IMG/VR virus record: IMGVR_UViG_3300015263_000719
Span: 15,834 to 79,833 of that record
Reading direction: 5' to 3' (one strand)
DNA from: a virus
DNA: 64,000 bases
Shown: positions 52,127-61,049 of the stretch, one piece after another
Layout of the letters: every line of letters starts with the position of its first letter
Position numbering within the stretch: the first letter of the stretch is position 1
Made by a program: the position numbers and the translations under genes
The notes under the pieces: model-generated
The model's database searches: none
Seen by the model: only the letters and a program-made list of their open reading frames with translations
Told to the model about the DNA's origin: nothing

Positions 52127-52398
52127 TAAAATATCTTTTGTAAGAATCTAATCAACAGATAAATACCTGGAATTACAACTGCACCTGTAATAACACCTAC
52201 CCATGTGCCTTGTACTCCAAGAGCCTGAACACCAAAAGCAAGCCCTACGGCTACACCAAAGATGATTCCAAACATTGCTACAATAATCAACACTCTTTCA
52301 AAGTTATTAGCTCCTGTCCACCAGACAGCCAGTTGATCTAAAAATTTTAAATTCTTACCTTTTTCGAGTTCAGCAACTCGTTGTTCTAATTTACTCAT
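52126..52398 (-). CDS. Two-TM membrane protein
   Basis: Hydrophobic hairpin. Confidence 0.6.
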   Translation of the reverse strand: MSKLEQRVAELEKGKNLKFLDQLAVWWTGANNFERVLIIVAMFGIIFGVAVGLAFGVQALGVQGTWVGVITGAVVIPGIYLLIRFLQKIF

Positions 52399-52427
52399 TG
52401 TTTATTTATTTTATTATCGTTTACTTA

Positions 52428-53105
52428 TTACTCTAAAATCATAACTATGTCTCTTGGTTCGACAAGAAAATATCCATAGTGTTGATCTTTAATATTCTGA
52501 GGAAGTTCTTCCATTTGATAGGAAGGATGTGTATAACCTGCAGGTACATGAAATATCATTTCTTTACCATCTTTTCTTGGTATGATAACATTACCTATCA
52601 ACTGTACTACTTTACCTACCTGAATAGGTTGTGTTTCTGATTCACCAAATCTTGTAGGTATAGCTATCACTTTTGCCTTTGTAGAAAAAGCCCAAGGACT
52701 TCTAACTGTTTCAACAAAACCCTGTCCTGATTGAGTCGGGACCTTCACCTTAATTTCATCTGGTGGAATTATAAGACCTGACTCTGTTCTTTGTACTTCT
52801 TTACAAAAGCATCTTACCAATACCTTCTGAGTAGGAATCAGATCAGCATATAAAGGATCAATATCATCATTCATCAACTTATCATTATACTCATTAATAT
52901 CTTTTTCCTGTTTTAAATCATCCTCTGAATTTAACAACTGCACTTGTCTTACACCTGGGGAAAGTTGAGGAGTAACCTTTTTACCATCCTCTATTCCTGT
53001 ATAACCAATAAGAGCATTATGACCTCCTTTTCTATTCTGACTAGCTCTTTCTTTAACTATATCTTCCATAGAAGTCTTCTTATTTGGTTTATCTTTCTTT
53101 TCCAT
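52428..53105 (-). CDS. GroES-like co-chaperonin
   Basis: LIPTQKVLVR...RTESGLIIP...AKVIAI...IQVGKVV...YFLVEPRDIVMIL matches the GroES pattern, with insertions. Confidence 0.7.
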   Translation of the reverse strand: MEKKDKPNKKTSMEDIVKERASQNRKGGHNALIGYTGIEDGKKVTPQLSPGVRQVQLLNSEDDLKQEKDINEYNDKLMNDDIDPLYADLIPTQKVLVRCFCKEVQRTESGLIIPPDEIKVKVPTQSGQGFVETVRSPWAFSTKAKVIAIPTRFGESETQPIQVGKVVQLIGNVIIPRKDGKEMIFHVPAGYTHPSYQMEELPQNIKDQHYGYFLVEPRDIVMILE

Positions 53106-53385
53106 ATCTTTTTATCATTTCATTTAAAAAATTAACCTTATCTGTAACATTACTATCTTCATTAGTCTCAATATGCTTTTTATATTTTTTAAGATTAAAG
53201 ATGTTCATATAAAAACTTCCCCAACCATTAATTAATATACCTGCCTTTGCTTCTAATGGATGTGTGAGATAATACCTTATACTATCCCAAAAATTCTTAA
53301 TAATATAATCTACCTGCTTTTTAGAAAGTCCAGTTTCTTCAGCAACCATATAATTAATATCATTTTGATTAGTCAATATATCCAT
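53089..53385 (-). CDS. HU/IHF-family DNA-binding protein
   Basis: VAEETGLSKKQVDYIIKNFWDSI...ILINGWGSF; start moved to the ATG at 53385. Confidence 0.75.
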   Translation of the reverse strand: MDILTNQNDINYMVAEETGLSKKQVDYIIKNFWDSIRYYLTHPLEAKAGILINGWGSFYMNIFNLKKYKKHIETNEDSNVTDKVNFLNEMIKRYGKER

Positions 53386-53575
53386 ATATCTTGTAACCTT
53401 TGTAATCAATAGAAACATTTACTTTATCAGGATTCAGTTTTAATTCTAAAGCAAGTTCCATAAAATCTTCCATCCTTACACTTATACATCTATCATCTTC
53501 AATATCACTTATTACAAAACCATCTTCCTGGTACTTATGTAAATTTTCTAACAATTCATCTAATTTATCTTTCAT
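53369..53575 (-). CDS. Hypothetical protein (68 aa)
   Basis: Coupled ORF. Confidence 0.55.
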   Translation of the reverse strand: MKDKLDELLENLHKYQEDGFVISDIEDDRCISVRMEDFMELALELKLNPDKVNVSIDYKGYKIYGYID

Positions 53576-53990
53576 ACTTAATATTCATTGGAAAAACAAA
53601 ATTAATTTCAATAGGCATCTTCTTCTGAATACAGTTCTTTACATATCTCTGAAAATCACCAATACTCTTAACTGGAATTGTACGATCATTATCTTCATCA
53701 AAATATATATACCTCTTTAACATCAATTGTGTTTTTACTTTAGACAGATCAGGAGCTTTCATTCTTAAAGCTGTTCTTAATTCTTTTCCTGCATTCTGTG
53801 TAAATTGACATTCATTGTAATTTTGAGTTAATACATAACTCATCACTTTTATCTCTCTGTCAGTAAGAGCAAAATTATTTCTTATATTCAATAACTTTAA
53901 ATAATACTGCCAAAAGTCACGTTCTTTAACATCTAATGGATTTTCTGCAGCATCTCCTCCTCTTCCTGTTAGTAGGTTTAATTTTACCAT
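53565..53990 (-). CDS. Winged-HTH DNA-binding protein
   Basis: LTDREIKVMSYV...ELRTALRM....LSKVKTQLMLKRYI; start moved to the ATG at 53990 because a promoter occupies 53996-54026. Confidence 0.6.
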   Translation of the reverse strand: MVKLNLLTGRGGDAAENPLDVKERDFWQYYLKLLNIRNNFALTDREIKVMSYVLTQNYNECQFTQNAGKELRTALRMKAPDLSKVKTQLMLKRYIYFDEDNDRTIPVKSIGDFQRYVKNCIQKKMPIEINFVFPMNIKYER

Positions 53991-53995
53991 TTGTA

Positions 53996-54026
53996 CAAAA
54001 ATATAATTAATTTTAATTAAATACAA
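53996..54026 (-). promoter_or_regulatory. Bacteroidota sigma70-type promoter
   Basis: Minus strand TTG-N20-TATTTTTG, 5 nt before the ATG. Confidence 0.75.
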
Positions 54027-54059
54027 GTATTCTTTCCATTAAAGGAAACTTTTCTATCA

Positions 54060-54317
54060 TTATAAAAATACATCAAAATCATTTTTTATCTTATCAAGCT
54101 CATTTGTACTCGTATCTCTAAATACTTTAAATAACTTACCATCATGCTCATACTGTATAGTATCAATATCTATAGCACGACCTAAACCACTGACAACTAA
54201 TTCATCAAATTGATGAGAGCTAACAGTAATTCCTATATAAACATTAAAGGGAAACTTAAAAGTATCAAGTTCCTTACTAAATCTTATTATCTCATGTTTT
54301 TTTCTAATGTCTTTCAT
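54060..54317 (-). CDS. Hypothetical protein (85 aa)
   Basis: Coupled ORF. Confidence 0.55.
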   Translation of the reverse strand: MKDIRKKHEIIRFSKELDTFKFPFNVYIGITVSSHQFDELVVSGLGRAIDIDTIQYEHDGKLFKVFRDTSTNELDKIKNDFDVFL

Positions 54318-54735
54318 CTAACTCTAATATTTTCATCATTAACTTATCAGCTAATTCTATATAACCTTCTTTATCAGCATCTATCATCCAAGAACACCAG
54401 TCAATAACAGGATCACCAAACTCATGAAAGAAAGATAAAGTACCTTTAACCTCTTCTCGTAGATCCAATTCTTTTTCTCTCATTCTTTTTTTCTTCTCCA
54501 ACTGAGCAATTCTTTCAACACTCAACTTTGGAACTCCAAGCTCATCATGATGATAACCTACTTGTTGCTGGCTAATAACAGTCATGGTTGATTTTCTCCT
54601 GCTATTGTAATATAATTCTCCAATAGCTAACTCTCTCAAAGCCTCTCCATCAGATTTAAATACAGGAAGTTCTTTCATACTTCCTTCTGGTGTGATAGAC
54701 AATAAATAACTTGTATTACCTTTATACTTTCCCAT
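54304..54735 (-). CDS. Hypothetical protein (143 aa)
   Basis: First gene after the leftward promoter. Confidence 0.65.
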   Translation of the reverse strand: MGKYKGNTSYLLSITPEGSMKELPVFKSDGEALRELAIGELYYNSRRKSTMTVISQQQVGYHHDELGVPKLSVERIAQLEKKKRMREKELDLREEVKGTLSFFHEFGDPVIDWCSWMIDADKEGYIELADKLMMKILELDERH

Positions 54736-54756
54736 ATCATTTGCTATTTAATAACA

Positions 54757-54787
54757 CAAAGATACATATTTCTTTTTTAAGAAACAA
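54757..54787 (-). promoter_or_regulatory. Leftward Bacteroidota-type promoter of the divergent pair
   Basis: Minus strand TTG-N20-TATCTTTG. Confidence 0.8.
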
Positions 54788-54826
54788 GGAAAGAAAAAAA
54801 ATAATTTCATTAAAAGGAAAAAAAAC

Positions 54827-54857
54827 TTGACTTTCTGATAAAAAACCTTTAACTTTG
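54827..54857 (+). promoter_or_regulatory. Rightward Bacteroidota-type promoter of the divergent pair
   Basis: TTG-N20-TAACTTTG. Confidence 0.8.
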
Positions 54858-55089
54858 AAATCAAGCTTTGACTCCAAAGCTAAAGATCTAAAAGATCTTT
54901 TGAAATGGGGTAAGTCTAACCAATGATTTGGGAAGAACTTTTGTTAAGAACAACTTATTGATAATCATTCATTTGCAAAAAGCAGCTAGTAATCTGACAG
55001 ACCTATAAAGCCCAAAGTATATTAATAGAACTTTAATTGAGCTGTTTCAGAAATTACTAGTTGCTTTTCTTTTAAACTAACTAAATTAT

Positions 55090-55380
55090 ATGAAGAAAAA
55101 AGAAAAACTAATTAATTTACCAGATGATTTTACTGGTGAGTGGACTTTATCAGATTTGGAAACATTTCTTAAAAGTGAACACTTAATAGGTAAGACCACT
55201 ACTCTTGCTATGACAGCAGAGCAAATTGAAAGATTAAACGTTGTAATGGATACAGTAAGACAAATGTATGGACAGATTAAAGATCCTTATGAAATAAGTT
55301 TTCCTTTTACTGAGTTTTCCTTTATAAAGTTTGAATTTCCTCTAAATACAAAACTAATAATTATTTTAAAACAAATATAA
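55090..55380 (+). CDS. Hypothetical protein (96 aa)
   Basis: First ORF after the rightward promoter; A-rich leader. Confidence 0.6.
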   Translation: MKKKEKLINLPDDFTGEWTLSDLETFLKSEHLIGKTTTLAMTAEQIERLNVVMDTVRQMYGQIKDPYEISFPFTEFSFIKFEFPLNTKLIIILKQI

Positions 55381-55817
55381 TGACACTGGAACAAGCTAAA
55401 GAACAACTAATGACCTGGAGAAAAGAAGGATTTGCTCGTCATTTACTAGCATTAAATCTTTGGAATGGACAAACATTCCTTCTGACAGGAGCAGAAAGAA
55501 TTGACAATAAAGACCTATGGACTGCTGTTGAACCTGATGGAAGCCTAAGCCTTCATCAAATCAGTCCTACTAAACCAGATTGGCTACCTTTGCATGAATT
55601 CCTTGATAAAGAAGAATACCTTCAAATAATGAAAGGTTTTGCTATGCAACCAATGCAGGTAGAAGTCAAAGATGGTTATGAGGCAAAAATAGAATCAAAC
55701 AAACTTATGATCAAAAAGATTGAGTGTCCTGGTTTTATGCCAAACAGCCAATCTGATAGTACAAGTGCAACAATATGTTTATTATGTGGAAAAGAAAAAT
55801 GGCAACATGAAAGATAA
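55380..55817 (+). CDS. Hypothetical protein with a C-terminal Cys/His motif
   Basis: CPGF...ICLLCG.EKWQH. Confidence 0.6.
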   Translation: MTLEQAKEQLMTWRKEGFARHLLALNLWNGQTFLLTGAERIDNKDLWTAVEPDGSLSLHQISPTKPDWLPLHEFLDKEEYLQIMKGFAMQPMQVEVKDGYEAKIESNKLMIKKIECPGFMPNSQSDSTSATICLLCGKEKWQHER

Positions 55818-56130
55818 AGAACCCATATCAGTAATTATAGCACCATACATCTGGTGCAGAATTGACAAGAAAGAAGATGAAGAAGCAAACCTAGTAACTA
55901 TAACAGAAGCTATGGATGTAGATAATCATGAAGTACAAATCAAAATAACTGAAATAGTATATGATACTAAACCTGAACCAGGACTACCAGATATAGTTGG
56001 TCCATCTATTAGTACAGACACATTCAGATTATTTAACAGAATGATAGTAAGAGATGATATAGTAGCTTTGGGAAAAGTAATAGGTCACAAATACAGAGTA
56101 ATTGAAAAAGTAAACTTAGAAAATTTATGA
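55807..56130 (+). CDS. Hypothetical protein
   Basis: Start moved to the ATG at 55807 (MKDKEP), overlapping the upstream stop. Confidence 0.55.
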   Translation: MKDKEPISVIIAPYIWCRIDKKEDEEANLVTITEAMDVDNHEVQIKITEIVYDTKPEPGLPDIVGPSISTDTFRLFNRMIVRDDIVALGKVIGHKYRVIEKVNLENL

Positions 56131-56423
56131 GTTATATGCCTGCAGGATGGGATAGAAAGATAAGATTCAGTATGGAAAACTATGATGAAGGTGAAGATAT
56201 ATTATTAAGACCTTCATACAATAGAATTGAGGAATATCAAAAAATTATTCTGGATACCTTTAAAAATGAATATAAAAAAGGACAGAAGATTGATCCAGTA
56301 GAACTAGCTTATAGTATAGCTCACTTTATTGATACAGAGTTGAGAGTTCTTGAAGCAAAGAATGGATTGGAAGCTGGTGATAGTATAATTGAAAGACATT
56401 ACAAAATATCAGAAGAATATTAA
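56127..56423 (+). CDS. Hypothetical protein (98 aa)
   Basis: ATGA coupling. Confidence 0.6.
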   Translation: MSYMPAGWDRKIRFSMENYDEGEDILLRPSYNRIEEYQKIILDTFKNEYKKGQKIDPVELAYSIAHFIDTELRVLEAKNGLEAGDSIIERHYKISEEY

Positions 56424-56434
56424 ATAGGAAAGAT

Positions 56435-56590
56435 ATGACAAACAAAGATAAAAGAGAATTAATATCTGAAGTTATTTTTTCTATATGTATGATCATTCCA
56501 ACCATAGCAGTTATGACCTTTTTAGGTATAATATGGTTATTTGATTACTGTATAACTAAAATAGCTGATTGGGTATTACCAATAAAATAA
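56435..56590 (+). CDS. Small membrane protein (51 aa), not in the ORF track
   Basis: MTNKDKRELISEVIFSICMIIPTIAVMTFLGIIWLFDYCITKIADWVLPIK; precedes a terminator. Confidence 0.55.
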   Translation: MTNKDKRELISEVIFSICMIIPTIAVMTFLGIIWLFDYCITKIADWVLPIK

Positions 56591-56619
56591 GAAAGATTTA
56601 TTATAATTAGTATAATATC

Positions 56620-56647
56620 AGCCTGCTAGTAATAGTGGGCTTTTTTT
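56620..56647 (+). terminator. Intrinsic terminator
   Basis: AGCCTGCTA-GTAA-TAGTGGGCT followed by a T run. Confidence 0.85.
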
Positions 56648-56652
56648 ATGTA

Positions 56653-56774
56653 CCCCTATGACTTATATGAGTATATAAAAGTCCCCCCCCCTATAGTAAT
56701 TTTGGTGAGTCAATTGTAAATGTGGGGGTATCCAATAAAACATCCCCCCCTCCATTTTTTAGGGGGAATACCCC
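56653..56774. other. G/C homopolymer island in non-coding DNA
   Basis: C4, C9, G5, C7, G5 and C4 tracts within 122 bp of an AT-rich genome. Confidence 0.8.
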
Positions 56775-56803
56775 GTATTACTTAATTTAAAAAATAAAAG
56801 ATC

Positions 56804-57202
56804 ATGGCAGTAATTGACATTCCTGTTTTTGAAAGAACAGAAATAGATGCAAGTCCATTATTGGACTTATTGGATGCTTATGGCATCGTGAGATTTACAA
56901 TCAATGAAACTGGTAAACAGTTTTCACTGTATGACAAAGATAACAAGAGAAGAGTTATCAATGTTTCACAAGGTGTACAGAAGCGTCTTACTCGTAAGGA
57001 AAGAAAGGAAAGGGCTGGTGAAATGGAAGTATCAGCAAATCATACCTTTGACAAGGCAAATGATACTGAAGGACAGTTTCCTTACAGTGGACCAATTGCA
57101 TATTATGCATTTCTACGTCAAGATGAGGAAGACATTTCATTGGATGAAATCAAGAATGGTGTTCCTTTTGAGGAAAACACAGGTAAAACTGTTGAGAAGT
57201 AA
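56804..57202 (+). CDS. Hypothetical early protein (132 aa)
   Basis: A-rich leader; first ORF after the G/C island. Confidence 0.7.
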   Translation: MAVIDIPVFERTEIDASPLLDLLDAYGIVRFTINETGKQFSLYDKDNKRRVINVSQGVQKRLTRKERKERAGEMEVSANHTFDKANDTEGQFPYSGPIAYYAFLRQDEEDISLDEIKNGVPFEENTGKTVEK

Positions 57203-57447
57203 GATATAATTGGGTGAGAAATCACCCAATTTATCAGCTCTAAAACCAGTAGTAAAACTAGTTTCTAGAGCTGTAAGATCTTTTTCATGAGGGATGATTA
57301 GATTGATGGTGTTTTTGTTCATAACTATTTGATTATTAGTTAAATATGTTGTGGGCATACACCATCATCTATCTTTTCAACCATAATCACCAAGTAATAC
57401 AAACAATCAAATATACTTATTATCTATTAACCATAAAATTCAAACTC

Positions 57448-57819
57448 ATGCTTAACTTACAACCTAAATATTTGTACAACATTGTTACAGCTATTAATTA
57501 TAAAACAAGATGGATGGTTGAAACATCAACTGCTTACAATTTCATTCACATTAAAGAAGTAGTAGCAATGCAAACTTGTACAGGAAAATTAATTAATGTA
57601 AGAACAGGAGATCTTATTTCATCTTGTGAACATGAATATTATCTAAGTAATAATGATATTAGAACAGCTCTAAAAGATAAAACACTCATAAGATCTATTG
57701 ATTCATGTTTCAGAGATAGAAATATGGGATTACTACTTGTTGAATTCATGAATGGTACAAAGCTAATTGCTTCAGATATTCAGGATTTAAAACGATTAAT
57801 TAATTTACCTACAAAATAA
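57448..57819 (+). CDS. Hypothetical protein
   Basis: Start moved to the ATG at 57448 (MLNLQP); the upstream part of the called ORF lies in hairpins. Confidence 0.55.
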   Translation: MLNLQPKYLYNIVTAINYKTRWMVETSTAYNFIHIKEVVAMQTCTGKLINVRTGDLISSCEHEYYLSNNDIRTALKDKTLIRSIDSCFRDRNMGLLLVEFMNGTKLIASDIQDLKRLINLPTK

Positions 57820-57914
57820 TTAAAGAAATAAAGAGCTGATATTTTCGTTCCACTGTTTAGGCATGTGGGAGGAGTCTAAATCAGCTCTTTTATTAATTAT
57901 AAACATCAAAAATC

Positions 57915-58076
57915 ATGGAAAAAAAGATTATATTAATTGCTTATAACAATACAAAAAAAGTTGCTGAGTTGACTTTAATTGCAACATTTGAGTCAATTGA
58001 AGATTTAAAGGAGTATTCAGCATATAAAGGTTTTTATAAAACCTACTCTGAGATTGAAGAGGAAGTAATTGAATAA
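57915..58076 (+). CDS. Small hypothetical protein (53 aa), not in the ORF track
   Basis: MEKKIILIAYNNTKKVAELTLIATFESIEDLKEYSAYKGFYKTYSEIEEEVIE, with an AAACATC leader like its neighbours. Confidence 0.6.
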   Translation: MEKKIILIAYNNTKKVAELTLIATFESIEDLKEYSAYKGFYKTYSEIEEEVIE

Positions 58077-58099
58077 AACATTTTATCTATTAATCATAA

Positions 58100-58500
58100 A
58101 AACATCATTTAATTATGAAAATACTAGTTATTACACTTCCATCACAAGACAATCAACCTGCTGATATATCTTGTACTAAAGAGGAAGCATACATTGAGCA
58201 GGTACAGCTTTGGAAAGCCAGAGCAAAAGAGTTGGAAGAACAGCTCGAAACTACTACAGAAAGATATAGACATAATATTGATCAGGTTAAACAAGAGAAT
58301 AAAGTTTTAAAAAGTGCTTTTTCTACTCAAAAAATTATTGTTGATAGATTGAGTAAATTGGTTGAAGATAAGAATACTGAGATTAAAGTGCTTAATAAAA
58401 CTCTTGAAAGATTGGAAAAAGAATGTAACAGATTATTTAATCAATGGAAAACAGGGTATTAATTTTATATTCATCTATAAACATCATTTAATTATGAAAA
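58100..58500 (+). repeat. 22-bp direct repeat spanning two start codons
   Basis: AAACATCATTTAATTATGAAAA at 58100-58121 and 58479-58500. Confidence 0.85.
58115..58462 (+). CDS. Coiled-coil protein (115 aa)
   Basis: Heptad repeats. Confidence 0.65.
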   Translation: MKILVITLPSQDNQPADISCTKEEAYIEQVQLWKARAKELEEQLETTTERYRHNIDQVKQENKVLKSAFSTQKIIVDRLSKLVEDKNTEIKVLNKTLERLEKECNRLFNQWKTGY

Positions 58501-58880
58501 AGTATTTAATTATTTCTATTTGTGCACTTATTAGCCTTTCTTCATGCACAAGCAAATCAGTTCAGAAGAAAGAGCAATTGAATAAGCAATCACAGACTGT
58601 TACAGTATGTGATGAAGTTGCTGTATTAAAAGCTGAACTTGCTGAATTGCAAACACAGTATGATAATCTTATCGAAAGAACATCTATGGATAATAATATC
58701 ATTGATGTTACATATGGTGATTATGAGGATATCTTTGTAAACTATGAGTTTACAGGGGGCTTTTTTCTCCCAAAAGAAGAAGAGACAAGGATAATGAAGG
58801 AACTTAAAGCAATTCATGCATTTGTTGCTGAATTGCAAAGTGATTTTCTTTATGATGGAACAAAAGAGAGTGGCTATTAA
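58494..58880 (+). CDS. Lipoprotein
   Basis: Start moved to the ATG at 58494: MKKYLIISICALISLSS-C lipobox. Confidence 0.7.
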   Translation: MKKYLIISICALISLSSCTSKSVQKKEQLNKQSQTVTVCDEVAVLKAELAELQTQYDNLIERTSMDNNIIDVTYGDYEDIFVNYEFTGGFFLPKEEETRIMKELKAIHAFVAELQSDFLYDGTKESGY

Positions 58881-58895
58881 GCCACTCTTTCTTTT
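58867..58895 (+). terminator. Intrinsic terminator overlapping the lipoprotein stop codon
   Basis: AGAGTGGCT-ATTA-AGCCACTCT-TTCTTTT. Confidence 0.75.
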
Positions 58896-58931
58896 ATTTA
58901 ATTTAATTTAATTGTTAAAAACTATAAAATC

Positions 58932-59342
58932 ATGACAGAATCACAATTCTTACAAGATATGTTAAATTATTATTGTGCTGATCCATTAGCACGTAGATGT
59001 GTTAGTATAAGCGGTGGATGTAAATATTCACCTGTTAGTATAAATAAACTAACATCGGAAGGTTGTGCAATTGGTAGACACTTGTCACCTGATGTACAGA
59101 TAAAGTTTGATAACCAAATTTGTGCAGGTATTGAAGATATTTTAGATAAGAAATATCTTAAAGAGTTAATGCCAAAATGGATGCAAAATATGAATGAAGA
59201 TTTCTTATCAGATTCTCAGGCATTACATGATATGAATATCTTTTGGGATGATAAAGGATTGAGCAATGAAGGAATAAGTAGAGTTGAGGAAATAATAAAG
59301 AAATTTGATCTGAAAGATATTAAAATACCTTCACCTAATTAA
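58932..59342 (+). CDS. Conserved phage hypothetical protein (C.Y...GCAIG...Q.LHD)
   Basis: Cys/His motif pattern. Confidence 0.65.
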   Translation: MTESQFLQDMLNYYCADPLARRCVSISGGCKYSPVSINKLTSEGCAIGRHLSPDVQIKFDNQICAGIEDILDKKYLKELMPKWMQNMNEDFLSDSQALHDMNIFWDDKGLSNEGISRVEEIIKKFDLKDIKIPSPN

Positions 59343-59490
59343 ATCTAATTTATTATGCAATTATTTAGTCTTATTCTAGTAATTATTGCTGTTATCATTT
59401 CCATTGCTTTCAATGTATATGATGACAATAAGACAAAATAAGAAGCATTAACTATGAACAATTTACTTTAATCTAAAAATACAACGCTTT

Positions 59491-59715
59491 ATGAAAAATA
59501 ATCTTAGTAAAGAGGATATTATTGTGGCACAAAACACAATCCTTAAACAGTACATTAATGGTACTCTTACTATTAAAACCGAAAGAGATGGATGGTGCTT
59601 GGTTGAGAATCTCTCAACTAAACAACTAATGTCTGAATTAGCCAGGATTCAGAATGATGATCCATATTTCTGGCTGCTTAGAAAATTGTTAACCAAAAAA
59701 TTAAATAAAGTATGA
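59491..59715 (+). CDS. Hypothetical protein (74 aa)
   Basis: Coupled to the next ORF. Confidence 0.55.
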   Translation: MKNNLSKEDIIVAQNTILKQYINGTLTIKTERDGWCLVENLSTKQLMSELARIQNDDPYFWLLRKLLTKKLNKV

Positions 59716-60197
59716 TGAAATCAGCATTTATTTTAACGGCATTTATTTCTCTGTTTACAATCAGCTATATGTATTACAAACATCTTGAAAGAACAGAACC
59801 AGAAACTATTGAATCATCTACTCCTGAATGGGTAGATGAACAGATGGATACCTGGAACAACATGTATTATGTCACTATTGACTGGAAGGATGACAATCAC
59901 ATCAAAATTAATGATAGTATTATCATTAGTATTGATGATTTTGAGGTCATTGAAACCTGGTTTGAAATTATGGAACCAACAGCTCCATTTACAATTACTG
60001 TTGAAATTGAAGGAGAATATTCTTTTACTTATGGTATTAAAGTTCAGGGTGGTGATATCCTCAAGTTAACCTCATGGTATATTGATGATAATCTCTATTC
60101 AAAAGAACAAGGGTATGACTTCTATACAGCTATTGGACATAAAACCTGGGAGTATCTACATCTAAAGAAAGCTTTAAATGTAGTTGCAAGAGAATAA
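59712..60197 (+). CDS. Membrane-anchored acidic protein
   Basis: N-terminal TM helix. Confidence 0.6.
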   Translation: MMKSAFILTAFISLFTISYMYYKHLERTEPETIESSTPEWVDEQMDTWNNMYYVTIDWKDDNHIKINDSIIISIDDFEVIETWFEIMEPTAPFTITVEIEGEYSFTYGIKVQGGDILKLTSWYIDDNLYSKEQGYDFYTAIGHKTWEYLHLKKALNVVARE

Positions 60198-60310
60198 AGT
60201 TTATATGGTTAAATGGTGCAAGGCAGATTGAGTAGAACTCTCCGTTTTACTCTTTCTGCCATTTTTAATTTGATTTAATTAATTAATAAATAAATAAAAA
60301 CGCTTAAATT

Positions 60311-60922
60311 ATGAAATTAATTGCATATGATATGCTAGATGAGATTCCTTATCCAGTAACACAAAGTATTGCATATGAACCAACAAGAAGCATTATTAAT
60401 CATTTTAATGATGCTATACTGACAATATTTGAAGAGAGTGATAAAGAAAATCTGTATATTTACTGTACAGGTAGTTCTGGTTCATTCTTATCAGCTATTT
60501 TATCTGTTGCTTTTTATCAAAGATTTGATAATAAAGGAAAAGATTATAAAATAACTATTAATCACATAAAGAAGGATGGTGAAAAAGCTCATAAAACAAG
60601 TTTAAATGTTACTACTTATGAGGCTGCAGAAGCATTTAATGTTATTGTGGATGATTTTATAGCTTCAGGTAGGACTATAGAGAATATCATGAATGGTATT
60701 GACAGGCACTTTACATCATCATCATCAGGTCCTATGATAGATTTACTTGCTATTACTGGTTTTGTCAGTTATGGTAGTATAGATATATTTAATGATAGAA
60801 TCTATTCTTGTTTAGCAAGAAATTATGGAGGAATTTCCAATGACTGTGAATTAATAGAATATGACGTCTGGCAAAAAAGAAAAGGGCTTTGTCCCTCAAA
60901 AAGAAAAATGCAAGTACTGTGA
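60311..60922 (+). CDS. Type I phosphoribosyltransferase-family protein
   Basis: PRPP-binding loop VIVDDFIASGRTI; TGSSG motif. Confidence 0.8.
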   Translation: MKLIAYDMLDEIPYPVTQSIAYEPTRSIINHFNDAILTIFEESDKENLYIYCTGSSGSFLSAILSVAFYQRFDNKGKDYKITINHIKKDGEKAHKTSLNVTTYEAAEAFNVIVDDFIASGRTIENIMNGIDRHFTSSSSGPMIDLLAITGFVSYGSIDIFNDRIYSCLARNYGGISNDCELIEYDVWQKRKGLCPSKRKMQVL

Positions 60923-61037
60923 GCAAGATAGACATTATCCTTGTAGATGCTTAGAGCATTTACAGGGATGTGTCTATGCTACAGAATCTGTAAAGAAGTC
61001 TATTAATAGACGATTTAATTTTACAAAGTTTCTTTAA
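60861..61037 (+). CDS. Possible small Cys-rich protein (58 aa), not in the ORF track
   Basis: MTSGKKEKGFVPQKEKCKYCEQDRHYPCRCLEHLQGCVY...; overlaps the PRTase end by 62 nt and contains a long hairpin. Confidence 0.3.
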   Translation: MTSGKKEKGFVPQKEKCKYCEQDRHYPCRCLEHLQGCVYATESVKKSINRRFNFTKFL

Positions 61038-61049
61038 TAGTATTAAAAC

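Noticed and set aside
523-54407. Plus-strand ORFs and short alternate-frame minus-strand ORFs in the ORF track across the late region
   Set aside because: They are shadows of long minus-strand genes, with biased composition and no motifs
58362-58493. 5' extensions of called ORFs 58362, 57346, 55720, 54026 and 53418
   Set aside because: Extensions overlap neighbouring genes, promoters or hairpins; downstream ATGs have better leaders (lipobox start, repeat cassette, promoter spacing)
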